Under the pieces are notes generated by a model, which was not told the DNA's origin, ran no database searches, and saw nothing but the letters and a program-made list of their open reading frames with translations. Both the position numbers and the translations under genes were made by a program. A stretch of DNA of 64,000 bases from Geosiphon pyriformis uo1 (Eukaryota > Fungi > Glomeromycota): assembly GCA_016748015.1 (NCBI GenBank), contig JAAOMT010000706.1:44577-108576 (forward strand). Reading direction: 5' to 3'. Below are positions 47,200 to 60,435 of this stretch, one piece after another (the stretch's first letter is position 1; the number at the start of each line of letters is the position of its first letter).

Positions 47200-50100
47200 T
47201 GGTTTAAACAAACATGTATTCTAAATTTATAAAAACAAATATGCATAAAAACAAATTTAATTATTAAATTATAAAAAACTCAAGTTTTTTAAATATTTGT
47301 TTACATATTTTCTTATAATTTTTTTTAATACTATAATTATCAATTTTAAAATATTGAAATCAAATAAAAATAATATTTTGTAATTTAGAAAAGTTATTAA
47401 ACAGTTAGAATAATTTAAGTTATCTAATTTGAAATTTTTAATAAATTCGTCTTAAGAAGAAACACAATATTTAAAAATAAAATAATTTTTATTAAAAGTT
47501 TTTTGGTATTATTTTGCAAATATTATAATTAAATATGTGAAATTATTATTTTTATTTGCTAAAGGTGTAGTCCAACCACTGACTATTCTCATATAACCTA
47601 ATTATTATACATTAGACATAACCAGCTACTGGAATTTATTATTCATTTATTTATTTTATTAAATTAATAAATGCATTAAATATTTATGTTAACATTAAAT
47701 TATAATTAATCATAACATTTTACCTAAATTGATTTTTGATAATAAACAATAAATATAAATAATAATATTATCATTTTCAATAATTTTTTATTTGTACTAT
47801 TGTAACATATTATTAATTAAAAATTAGTTATGTTAAAAAATATTTATAGTTGAATGCTTAAAAGATTTAAGTTTTTATTATCTAAATAAACATTTTGTCA
47901 AACAAAAAATTCATGATATCGCTTTATTAAAAAGTAAATTATTTTTTTAATATTAATATTTGATTAAAAATATACTAAATTATCATTTTAATTTAATACA
48001 TTTAAATAAAGTTTTTTAAAAAAAAACCTTTTTTTATTTTATATTTTCATAATTACATTCAAATCAATAAAAAAATACACCTTTTTATTTCTGTTAGTTT
48101 AATAGTTTTAATACTCAAAAAATCTTTTTGGAAATAAAAACAGCTAAACAGCATTTTTTTAAAATGCTTTTCTTAAATAATAAAAACACAAAATAGTTTT
48201 TAATTACTAAAAAGCACTATTTTTAACTTTAATTAGAAGTTTTTCTTTTTTTAATTTTTTTAAATAATTAACTAAAGCCAATTCTAACAAGTTCTAAGAT
48301 TTTTAATAGCAAACTAGTAAATAAATTATTATTTTTTGAACAACTTTTCTTATTATTGCTTAAATAACCAAAAAAACCAAAGAAACAACGTTTTTTTTTA
48401 AAATATCTAAAATAATATTTTTAAATTATTATTTTTAATTTGTAGTCTGTTTTTTCTTGTAAAAAATAATTTATTGGCTTTTTTAATTTTACTTATATTT
48501 TTATTAATTGTTTTATAATTGTATTAATCATAGTTCTTATTTTTAATCTAACTATAAGCAAAAATTTTTTTATTTTAAATAACAATAACAATAATAATAA
48601 TAACATATTATTAAAACTAATTCAGATTAGCATATAACTAAATTACTTAATATATTAAAGTTTATTTATTAATTTTAAAAACAAAACAAATTATGTTTTT
48701 ATATATAATTTTAATTAATCAATTTATTAAATTACCTAATTTCTATATAATATTATTAAAATTTTTTTTTGTTTTATAATGATTATTTTATTATTGATTT
48801 ATTATTGATTTATTATTTATAAGTTGTTATCAAAATTTTGGTTTAATTTTGCTAATATAATATATCTTTTAAATATTTAATTAAGATATTAAGTTAATAT
48901 TTAAATTCAAGTTTTTTAAATAATTGTTATTTGGTTTTAATATAGAAAGTTTTTAAATATAATAATTTAAGTTTTGGAAAATTGTTTAAAATTTTTTGTT
49001 TATTAATCTCAATAATTAAATATTTTGGATTTATAAATTACAAAAAATCATTTTTTTAAGCAATAATAATAATATAGTTAAACAATTGTAAAGTAACAAA
49101 AAAAATAATTTTTTTTTAAGTATTTATTTTAGTTAAAAAAAATTGTTTTTGTGAATTTAATTTTTATTTTAAGTATTAAAACTATTATTATGTTAAATAT
49201 TTATTGTAAAATATATTTTTAGAAATATTTATTGTATTATTCTATGTTTTTGAATGATAATTTTTTAAATTAATATAAATAATAATAAATTATTTATTAT
49301 TTTAAAAAACTTTAATAATTTTAATTTAAACTGGTTGAATTTCATCTAAATTATCTAAAATTTATTTAAGATACATGAATTTTAGCTTAAATTACATAAA
49401 TTTTAGTTTGAATTACTTAAAATTGCTCTTGTATTAAAAGCTCAGAGTTTTATATGTTCTTGTAAAATAAAAATACTTATTTTGTATTAATTTAATAAAT
49501 ATTCTAGTAAATATGAAAATAAAATCTGTAATATTAGAATTAAATTAATTTTTGGTTTATAATTTTGATTAACAATCTCGTTAATTTTAAATAATTTTTG
49601 ATTAATAATATCAATAATTTTAGGGAATTGCTAAATCGACCCACCCGCAGCACGTGATATTATTTTACGTCATAGTTTCGTATTCAACTATATATAGAAA
49701 CATATTAACGAATATTATGGTTGTCCACAACGAAGTGTTTTTTAATTATAAAACACTATAAATTACTTAAGGCATAAGAAAAAATTAAATATATAATCTA
49801 TATTCAATTTTATATAAGAAAAAGTTATTTTTTATTTTAATTAAACTAATATTTATTAGAATTACTAATAAATAAATATTAAAATTCTATATATATTAAT
49901 ATCACGTGTTGCGGGTGATTTAGCAATTCCCTAATTTTATTTTATTGTTAACAATACAATTAACTTTATTTATACTAAACTTTAAATATAGTAACCAAAA
50001 ATTGCCATGACCAAATTTTTATAATTAATAAATGAATTCAAATTCATTTTTTTGAATTTTTATATCTAATTTGCTCTTTTTATAACGAATTTTCACATAA

Positions 50101-53100
50101 ACATATATAATATTATGTGTAATATAACACAAAATTTCGTTTTTAATTAAATATATTTGAATAAAAATACATTAATAAATATTATTCTTAAAAAAATTAT
50201 AAAAAAATTAGATTTTTACCAAATATTTTAATCTTATAATTAAAATAATGTTATAATATTTGATAATTATATTATATAATGCTATAATAAATATAGCAAA
50301 AACATGATTTAATGTATAATAACAAATTATACATAATTGTTAATTAAAAACTGGCATTTTTTAAAAAAACAATTACAAAATCTTTTGATATTAATAGAAA
50401 TAAGAAGAAAAATTTGGAAATACTTCTTAATATAGTAATAATCTTTTAGTAAATAAATATATTCACATTGAAAATGAAAATATTTGAACAGATTTTACTA
50501 ATAAAAATATTTATTCAAAAAAATTAAAATAAAAAAAAAATTAAAACAGTAAAAAAAATTGAAATAAAAAATAAAATAATATTTAAAACATTAATAAATA
50601 CAGTTTTAAAGTATTTATATTAACAAAAATCAAATTTGGTAAAATTAATAAAAAAGTAAAAATTTTAAGAAAATTAATTAAATAAATTAGATTAGTTATT
50701 CAAAAAAATTTAAAAAACTAATTCTAATTATTATTTTAAGAATAAAATAATTGAGGAGTTTTAGTAATTTATTTTTATTTATTTTTATTTTTATTTTTAT
50801 TTATATTTATATTTATTTATTTTCTATTTATATTTATTATTATAATTAAAGTAATTTTTATAAACTTTTTATTAATAAATATATAATAAATTGTTATTTT
50901 TTTTAAAATTATGTCTTGTTATTTGATAAAAAAATTGACCAAAATTAAATAAATTATATATATTATTATTATATAATATATTTAATTAATTATAACAAAC
51001 TTTGATTATAACCAATAAAAAATTCTCATAACAAAAAATTCAATAAAATAAAGTTAATTATAATTATTATATAAATTTTATTTGATAACAATAGTTTAAT
51101 TGGTTTAAAATTAATTATTAAGAACAATATTAAGCTTTATTATATAAAATTTGCATTTTAAGTTTTTTTAAATATGATTATTCTAATTAAACGTATTAAA
51201 TTACTTTTTATTATTATTTTTAAAATTGCTAAAATTTTTATAATTTCTGAATTTAATATTGTTTTTGTTGTTATTACTTTTTTAATGTTTTTTTAAATAT
51301 TATTACAAATAATATTAAAATATTAGATAGCGGTTGGACTTCACTCGTTAAATTGCATTAATAAAAAAAATATATTAAAATAGTTTAGATGTTTTTAATA
51401 GAGTTTTTAATATTAAATTAAAATAGATTGGCTAATAACAATATAATATTATGTATTTTAAGTTTTAAATTATTGTTATTATAGTATATTGATTAATTTT
51501 AGTAAAAAAACAATTTAATTAAAAAGAAGTTATTATTTTAAAATATATTTTTAAAACCAAGTTGATAAATTTTAGCTGTATTAATTTTGAAATTAGTAAA
51601 TTAGTTTCTTAAATAAAGAATTATATTTATATTATTTTTTAATTTCTAAATTCTATTTAATGTAATTATTAATTTTAGTTTTTAGAAAAATTAAATATTT
51701 AAAAAAAGCCAAATTTAACAAAAAACTTTTGTTTATTGGTACTGTTTTAAGTATTAAAATTTAAATTATTTGGTTTTTAATTAAATTTGTAATAATTCTT
51801 AAAATTTTAAAAGTTAATTTATTAGTATAAAATTACATATAAAAGCTGTTATTTTTTGAATTTTTAATTTTTGTCATTAATTTTATACAATTTAAAATTG
51901 GCTTCTTTAAAATTTTAATTGGTAAAATTGTTTTTATTGATTAAATTTATTGGTTTTGGTTGTTTTTATTACAATATTAATAAATATTTTTAAAAAAGTT
52001 GTATATAATTTAAATAAAAAAATAACTAATCTTAAAATAAATAATATATTTAATAATATAAATATTAATAAAAAACTTTTGTTAAAATAATAATTATAAA
52101 AATTTTAAATTTTTAATATTTAGTTTAATATAAATATAATAATTATATAAATAATAAATTAATTTTAAATAACAATAATTTTATTAATATTATAATTAAA
52201 CTAAGTAAATTAAGTAGGTTTTTTTTATAAATTTTAATGTAATATAGTTTTAATTAATTTAAATAACTGTTTATTTATAAAAAATATATAAATTATACTT
52301 ATTTTAAAGTTTATTATAATTATATTGTTATAGTTAAAACCTTTATTTTTTAGTTTTATTTATTTATTTAATTATAATTAATTATATGTATTAGTTACTA
52401 ATATTATTAATTAATCATTTTATTTTTAAAAATAATCATTAATGTAATTATTGACATGATTAATAACTTGATTAATAACTTAATTATTGATTAAATTATT
52501 GATATAATTACTAATTTAATTTTAAATATTTAATTTAATATTTTAAATTCGTAATTTTCAAAAAATTATTATTTAAACAAATATTTTTTTATTAACAATA
52601 TAATTTAAATCAACTATATTTTTTCTTTTAATTTTAATATTTATCTTAAAATTTATTACTTTTTTGTTTAAATTACCAACAATTCTTTTAAATATAACAA
52701 TATTTTTTTCAATTATAAAAAAAAATTTTTATTTTAGCATTTAAAAAAATTAAACAATTTTGTAATTAAAAAATTGAAATTTTAAAGAAGTTAAAACTAA
52801 TAACAAATTTAACAATATTAAAAAATAAAAAAAACAACAGTTTTAATAAAAAAATTTTAAAAAATAAAATACAAACATTTTCAATTAAAAATTAAATGAT
52901 TTAAATTTTAATACTTAAAACAGTATTAATATTTAAAAGTTTTTTATTTGATATAGCTTTTTTTTAAAATATTAATCTTGATAACAATAGTATTTAATCA
53001 AATTAAAATTCAAAAATAAAAATAATAATATATTTTAATAATTAAAAAGAATTAAGAAACCAAAAATTAAAACAACTATAATCACAAACTTGAGAAATTA

Positions 53101-54900
53101 ATTTTATTAATCTTAAAGATAATACAATCAAAAAAAATATTTATTAATTTAATCTTAAATACATTTTTAAAAATAATAATTTTTTTTAATTTAGAAAAAA
53201 ATTTTAATATTATTTTTTATTACTTTAATTGATTAACAAATAAAAACAATTTTAACAGTTTTATAAAACCTAAAATATACAATAATATATTATTAACCAA
53301 TATATTTTAAATAAATTCTGAAAATTTTATCAAAATACTTAAAACATTTTTAATATTATTTATAAAAAGTATAAAAAAACATTATATAATATAATAACAA
53401 CAAAAACAGAAACAAATGTTTTATAAATTTAAGAATAACAAAAAAATAATTAATAAACAAAATTTAAGCAATAATATTCAAAAAAAAGCTTAACATTAGT
53501 TTTAAAAACTGATTTCATATCACTAAAATTATATATAGACTAAAAAACAGTCTTAATATAAGCCAACTTAATTTTAAAAAAGATATTGAATTCCAAAATA
53601 CAGATCATTTATTCAGTATATCTTTAATAATTAATAATTATTTTCTAAGTGTTTCTAAAAATATTATTATCGAAAAACAAAAAAGAAAAAAAATTTTTAA
53701 TCTTTATTTTGAAAACCAAATAATTTTATTGTTATTATTTAAAACAGATAATCGATTGTTATTTACAACCATAATAAAATTTAAATAATATAATTAATGT
53801 TAATAATACAATACTAACAGAAAAACCAAAAAAAATAAAAGAAATAACCAGCTTCAAAACAATAGAACTAATATTAAAAACATCAGTAATTTTTTTTTAG
53901 CATTTTAAAAAATTACTATTAGATATAGCAAAAGATTAAAGAGTTTGTTTCTTAGCAGTTTTAGTCTTTTTGGTCATTTGAGAAATAGTAAAAAAAAAAT
54001 TTAATTAAGTTAAAAAACATGGCTAATTATATGTTAAAATATATAAATTGAATTTAATATAAATATATATTTATTAAATATATTTAAATAATATTATATA
54101 GAATTAAAAAAATTAAATTTTACTGTTTTTTGTTAGTTTCCTTAACTAGTTTTTATAAAAAATTTTAATTTAATATGTTTTATAGTATAATAATTAATTA
54201 TTACATAATTACAATTTCGAATTCTATAATTGGATGACTGATTATGTTGAAAATATATGATCCACATTTATATTAACTAATTTGTAACTAAAATAAACAG
54301 TAAAAAAATCACATTTTGTCAAAGCAATAAAATAATAATAATTATGTAAAAATGTACAAGTTTTAAACATAATATTTTAATAAACAACCAAAAAAAAATG
54401 GTTAAATAATAAATTTTCTAACAAATTTTTTGAATATTATGTATAATTTTGGTTTTTATTTAATATATTTTATTTTATACACAAATTATTTTAACTTTTA
54501 TTGATTATTATTTTTATAAATAACAAAATAGTTAATCTTATTATTAGCATATTATATTTATTTTTAATATAATTTTACAAACTTTTGCATAAACATAATT
54601 TAACATAAAAATAATGTAATAATATTATATATAATTTAAAACAAATAATATTTTAAATTTATAAAAAAGTTTTTTTGTTATTTCTTAAATTTTAATTATT
54701 ATTACCAGTTGAAAGTTAGATTTTAAAAATAATTTAATATTTTATAATAATTTATTTAATTTTCAATTATTTAATTTAGTTATTTAATAATTCATTTTTA
54801 ATAATAATAATTATTTAATATTGTTAAAAAAATTAATATTACATAAATTTATATAAAAAACGCTTTTTCTTTTAAAAAATATATGGTAGTGAAAATTCAG
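47200..54900. repeat. A/T desert made of extremely decayed repeat relics
   Basis: Almost no G/C. Internal degenerate inverted homologies (51420-51782 vs 52883-53310; 48350-48395 vs 53940-53990) show it derives from repeated DNA. The family cannot be identified by eye. Confidence 0.65.
49623..49931. mobile_element. 309-bp MITE / non-autonomous TIR element with 8-bp TSD
   Basis: Left end GGGAATTGCTAAATC-GACCC-ACCCGCAGCACGTGATATTA; right end reverse complement GGGAATTGCTAAATC-ACCCGCAACACGTGATATTA. Flanked by the direct repeat TAATTTTA at 49615-49622 and 49932-49939. No ORF. Confidence 0.9.
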
Positions 54901-55085
54901 ATTATAAAAATAAATAAAATAAATAAATAAATAAATCCTGCTTAAATATTTAAAATTCTGAAATAATAGTTCAAAAGAATTTTTAATTTTCAATAATAAA
55001 CAAACTTGTATTTTATTTTTATCAGACTGAATAATCTATATTGCAACTTTAACCGTAAAATGTTACTTTCATCCATAGATTTGAA

Positions 55086-56588
55086 TTAAACCATCAAAAA
55101 AGCGTCTTGTTCAATCTTAAAACTTGAAAAACTTTTTGGCATGGTCTTTGTGTATGGGTCCGGTATTCTCGCTGATCCCGGTTTCGTTCTAAAATTTGTT
55201 GCCATCAGTTGATGTCGTGCGTTTACATAACATGCTAAAAAAATAAAATCACATGGCTTGCCAGTCCGCGATTTCATTGATCTGGAAGCTTTCTCGTCGC
55301 GGTCGCCCCTCACCGCTTACAAAGCAAACGAATCACCAAATGCTAGAAAATTAGAGAACAAATGATTCTAGATAAAATACGCGAGAACGGGCCGATGAGA
55401 TGCATTTCAAGGGTATGCTCCGAGTAACTTTTGTTACGGTAGTCATAAATCCATGCATCCCTAAATGACGTTGAGAGGTGACATTGAAAATTACAGAGAA
55501 ACATACGTCTAGACATTGCAGAAGGTATTGAGTATATCATGTATGTTGATCTTATCGAGCAACTCCTCGTGCACGTTTCTCGGTCGCGATTTTGTGAATA
55601 TTAACGACGTTGGACATTGAAAGCGCATCAAAGAGTGCCTTAAATAATTTGCCCATGCAATACTCCTATTTGACAATAGTAGACGTCCGGTCTCGAAGTC
55701 TTTTTAGTTCTTTTTCGGAAAGATGAACTTTCGCTTGTGGCTTGTTTGGAAGAGGAGAAATTTTTCTTCTCTAAGGTCTACAATGCCTCAATAGAGCAGC
55801 CTATATGAATTAAACGGAAATGTTGGAAATATGAAAAAAATTTTCATGAATTCAGGTGACATAGGTACAAATTTTGTGAATGCAGGCTGGCTTTCCAGTG
55901 AATTAATATCCTTGATCGCCATATTGGATGTGGAAAGGATCGGATAACGGTGAGGAGTTTAGAGGCTCTATATCAAGATACTCAGCATACAGACGTTTTC
56001 TCGTTTTAAGATGACGCGCCGAAGGAATCTATGGAATAGATGTAGATAAAGAAACGAAATAGTTATTTGCATAATGATATTCTCGATCATTGTTTGTGTT
56101 GTGCCGTATCTATCATGGTTGCATGACATTGTTTCTGCACAAATAAAATAACAGCAAAGTTCAGAAAGTTATCTGACGTAACAAAACTTACTGTTCGTAG
56201 AGTTATTCCTAACTCTAGACGAACAGCTGCTTCGGGCTCATCCCAGAAAGCTCCGACATATTTGATGACGTTGTCGATGATTCTAACAAAAATATTTTTT
56301 GTCTAATTCAAAGAATGCAAAGGGCAAATCACAACGATCGCGTAGATTATAAAATGAAAGCGGCGCGTAGAACATCCTCGTAGTCGTAGAAGTTGCAAGC
56401 AACTTGGCAAGCACCCTATACTGCTCCCGCATCAAATATATAATGCTTTGAAAATTTCCGCCAAACTTTTGTGGTGATTGCTCTTTGAAGAGCTCTACAG
56501 CCTCTTTAGAAGTAACGGCTCCTTTCTGAAAGAAAGCTGAAGTTGGTTTCATTGCAGCAGCGCTGGTAAAAAGCAATAAAAACGCCAT
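55086..56588 (-). pseudogene. Unidentified disrupted coding-like relic, CpG-rich
   Basis: Coding-like composition with intron-like GTAAG...CAG segments and short protein-like frames (IIDNVIKYVGAFWDEPEAAVRLELG; PQAKVHLSEKELKRLRDRT; HEELLDKINIHDILNTF). These are broken by stops and frame changes; no continuous model found. Confidence 0.4.
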
Positions 56589-57321
56589 TCAGCAGAAAGT
56601 CACTTTTATTTTGAATCTTGTAAACAATAAATACAAATTGCCGTTTTAGAATTATTCATAATTTGTCACTTAATATGCTTTTAAGAATGCTACATTGGAT
56701 AAAATAAAAGAAAAGTTTGAAAATTCAGGTTCTTCAGTGAGTTCCAGGACAGTGGAAAATTTTTATTCAATATCATAACCTGAAAAATAGGGAATGAATA
56801 AAGTTCACATTCACTTATTTCCAAATGATGGAAATTGAATAGTGGGTTGATTTTTCAAACCAATTAACAAGTGAATATTTTTTGCTAAACCCAATCAGTA
56901 AATTCCTTTGAAGTTTCAAAAGTGATGGCACACAAGCTTTCCATTTACACAAATCTGACCCATTAAATTTGAGGGTAAACCAAAAGATTTCCGTTTCACG
57001 CCTGAATGGGAAATGAATCAATTCAAATTTAGAAAGATTCGTGTTTCATTATTTTTCCGAAGATCATTTTTGGGAAAAAGAATCATTTTCAAAATTCGAT
57101 GACCAATCAAGAATTCAAAGGTTCAAGGGTTTCTTTCCCGATCCGAAAAGTTGGTTACTGGTGCGTAAAATTTATCCGGATAAGGTATGCGAGATTTGTC
57201 ATTTGATAAATCGATTAAAAAAGCCACACTTTCATTATCTCGGCTTTTTATTTATTTATTTTAATTTTTGCCAACTCACTCGATGGCTCTATCTTTTCAA
57301 TCTTTTTCGAATTTTCAAAAA

Positions 57322-58157
57322 ATGCCATCAGTTAAAAACTTTGGAGACATACTAATATCATATATCAATTCAAACTCTCCTCCTGTAAATACAAAGACGA
57401 CCACAACAGCCGTTATCGGTATTGCAGCTGGTCTATCACTTCTTGTCGCATCGGGCATTCGTCGGTCTACCATTTTTCAGCGCCAAACAATCACATCCAA
57501 CACGGAAAAAGAGGAGCAAAAACATGCGCAAGAAATCAATGAAAAACTGGCGTCCCATCCACTTGTCCAAGAATTGAGATCTAGCGATTCATTTCAAGAG
57601 TATATAGGATATCCATATTTGAAAGAAGAAACAAGAAAATATCACTTCACAGCTGCAACCCTTGTAGGAAAAGGAAGATTCGCGATACCACCTATTGTAT
57701 TTTTTAATAGAGAAAATATGGAATTAGTTGCGTTCCTACATATTGGAAGAGATATGTGTAGCCATGATGGGATTGTACATGGTGGATTATTAGCTACTAT
57801 AATGGATGAAATTTTGGCTAGAACGGTAAAGATAGAATTGGTTTTATTTCAAATTTATCATTCAAAATGATAAGAATCTAATATTTTTGAAAATGACTGT
57901 GTATTTCTTCCTTTCTTCAATCAATGAAGGTCATACCGTGCCTACCTGATCTTAATGGTGCAACAGCTTTTTTACATATAAATTATCGTGCGCCGTGTGT
58001 AGCTGATCAATTTGTGAAATGTTCTGGAAAAGTGACGAAACTTGAAGGACGAAAAGGGTTTGTGGAAGGAAAAATTGAAACATTAGAAAATGGGTTGCTC
58101 ATTGTTGATGGAAATGCGTTATTTTTGAGTATTAAAAAATTAGGGACACCAAAATAA
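57322..58157 (+). CDS. HotDog-fold acyl-CoA thioesterase (PaaI/THEM4-like), N-terminal hydrophobic anchor
   Basis: ATG 57322; TAVIGIAAGLSLLVA; HFTAATLVGKG; HIGRDMCSHDGIVHGGLLATIMDEILART|VIPCLP...TAFLHINYRAP...EGRKGFV..GNALF. Intron 57826-57929. Confidence 0.93.
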
Positions 58158-60253
58158 GCTGAATACTAAGAATTTTAGTGGTAATTGGTGAAAGTTTGAA
58201 ATATTGATGATGTTGAGAAAATAGTGTTAGATTCAAAATTTTCGGGATAAAAAGTTTTTCGATTTCAATTGAAATCTTTTTCATATTAAATTAATTTAGA
58301 AACTTGACAATAATAATGAAAAAGCAGATTTTTTTTTAGAAATTCGATTTAAAATCAAGAGTAATCATTGGTATTTATCACTCCAATAAAAAATAATATT
58401 GAAGCTTTTATCAGACATTTCGATTATCAAAGATCAATAATATCTAATCAGTAAAGGGATTGAAGCGTTTCATATGTACCATTTAATAAGAAGAGCAGGA
58501 ATTTTTATAGAGGATAGGGATTTAGCCCGATTACTTTATGGTAAAAAACCCAAACAATGTTATTTTTTAACCTTCACTAAAAGAATTAATATTTGAAAGG
58601 TTGGTATAACATTATCCGAGTGCTATTATATTAATTGAAAGACTGTATCCAACAAATTTTCGCCTTATAAAGCTAAATTTGATAATAATTAAATATTCAA
58701 TAATTTTAAAGCTGAAAATTGCTTGTTTCGAAGATACTTCGCTTGTAGAAGCCCTCTAACACATGTGAAAAGTCAAAATTTTGAACATGGTGTCCTTACA
58801 AGTGAGGAATCGTCTGAGAAAATACCTATATCAGATACATAATACTGGGCCAGTAACTTCGATAAGGTTTACTTACTTTGATATTGGAAAGTTATATTTA
58901 TTTTAACCTGTTCCATCGAGCGTTTGTCAATTGAATAATCCAATTAGTTTGAATTATAATAAGAAAATGTTAGATTTAACGAATTTTCATCTTGAGCAAA
59001 AAGCCTTTGACCATTCAACCAATTGAAAGTTTATTTTACTTATTTGGAATTTATTGGAACACCAAAATGTAAAGGATTAATTTGCAAATATACTTTTTAA
59101 AAGCATTCCTTTTGATCTAACTGTAAGAGCCATTCATCCCTCTTATTGCATTAAGAAATATTTAATAATATTGATCTCATATTGGATTCTCCGAATCTAT
59201 ATAATGTAGGCTTATTACCATGTGAAGTGGATTAGGAATATATTAACTGTTTATGATACCGTTTAGGAAAATTTTCAAAAGCGAATTTTTTGAATTTTGT
59301 CAATCTCGCTCGATAATAATATACATGTGCATGCATATGTATATGATTTACAGTATTAGGATTATTTGGGCTCTAAACATCAATTCCTAATTAAATGATT
59401 TTTTTTTATTTTTCTTCGCATAATTAATAATAAATTGATAATTTTACTTTCTTGATAAATAAATCATACAATAAAGATGAAAGTAGAATTTGATAAAGTT
59501 AAAAATTTATAAATAATATATTAGTTCGACAAATATAAATATTGTCTAATTTATATTCGATTACAGATCCCACAATATCATGATTACCTGTACATGTACT
59601 TTCCATTAGAAAGTTGTCCCTTTTATAAATTGTATTATTCAATAATTTAATTCTCAAGTTATTTTTATAGTTTAAATTAAATTTTGAAAAATAAATGAAT
59701 GGTAAACATTTTGAATATTAAATCATTGAGAGTTTGATATTCTTCTCTCTTCAATTTTTTATTATTATTTTAGTTTTTTATTATTAAAGTACTTTTTCTT
59801 CATTAAATAACCCCAAACGTCTTTTAACATTAGATCTGTTTTTATTGCAGATAGCATTGTTTTTGCCTAATTAGAAAAAAGCTTATTTACATTAAAAATC
59901 TCTTTAATAGCTACATTAATTTTTGACTTAATTTCATGTATTTTTATACATATTTGTAAATTATATTTAATAATTTGACTTTTTCGAAATTTAGAAAATT
60001 TTTCAATATTTTTATAAAAATATAATTATGCTCTAAAAACATAAATATAGAATTCAACCATTATTAAAAGAAAAAAAACAACAGGTTATACTCTTGATCA
60101 AAAAATTTAAGTGACATCTTAATGGTTTTTGTTATTATTTTGAAAAATGTTAAATTTTTATATATAGAATATATAACAAAGTAAAATATTTCACATATTC
60201 TCAATAATTTAATGATTACAAATGCTAACTTTATTATTAAACAAAATAATTAG

Positions 60254-60435
60254 GCTTATGATACAATGAACTGAGGCCAATTGGAAAGGAGTCTGTTAAG
60301 GATTAAGATGTGTAAAAAATTCATTAGGTTTTTGGTCATATTTATAATGATAGATTTAATAAAGTTATAGCTAAATTTGGGTTAAAAAATGAGTACCAAA
60401 TTCATGATGGTCTGAATCAAGAAGCCATGTTTTCT
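60254..60435 (+). mobile_element. Isolated LINE reverse transcriptase fragment (related to the 4.6-11.3 kb family, opposite strand)
   Basis: AYDTMN*GQLERSLLRIKMCKKFIRF/GHIYNDRFNKVIAKFGLKNEYQIHDGLNQEAMFS (one frameshift) aligns with VYDSVGWEHLERCLVRIKMCDKFIYFFGNIHRNRTNRVMMDFSLTNGYSVHDGLDQGEVFS. Confidence 0.88.

Noticed and set aside
58400-59300. Moderately complex sequence that might be a gene relic
   Set aside because: No frame gave a recognisable motif.
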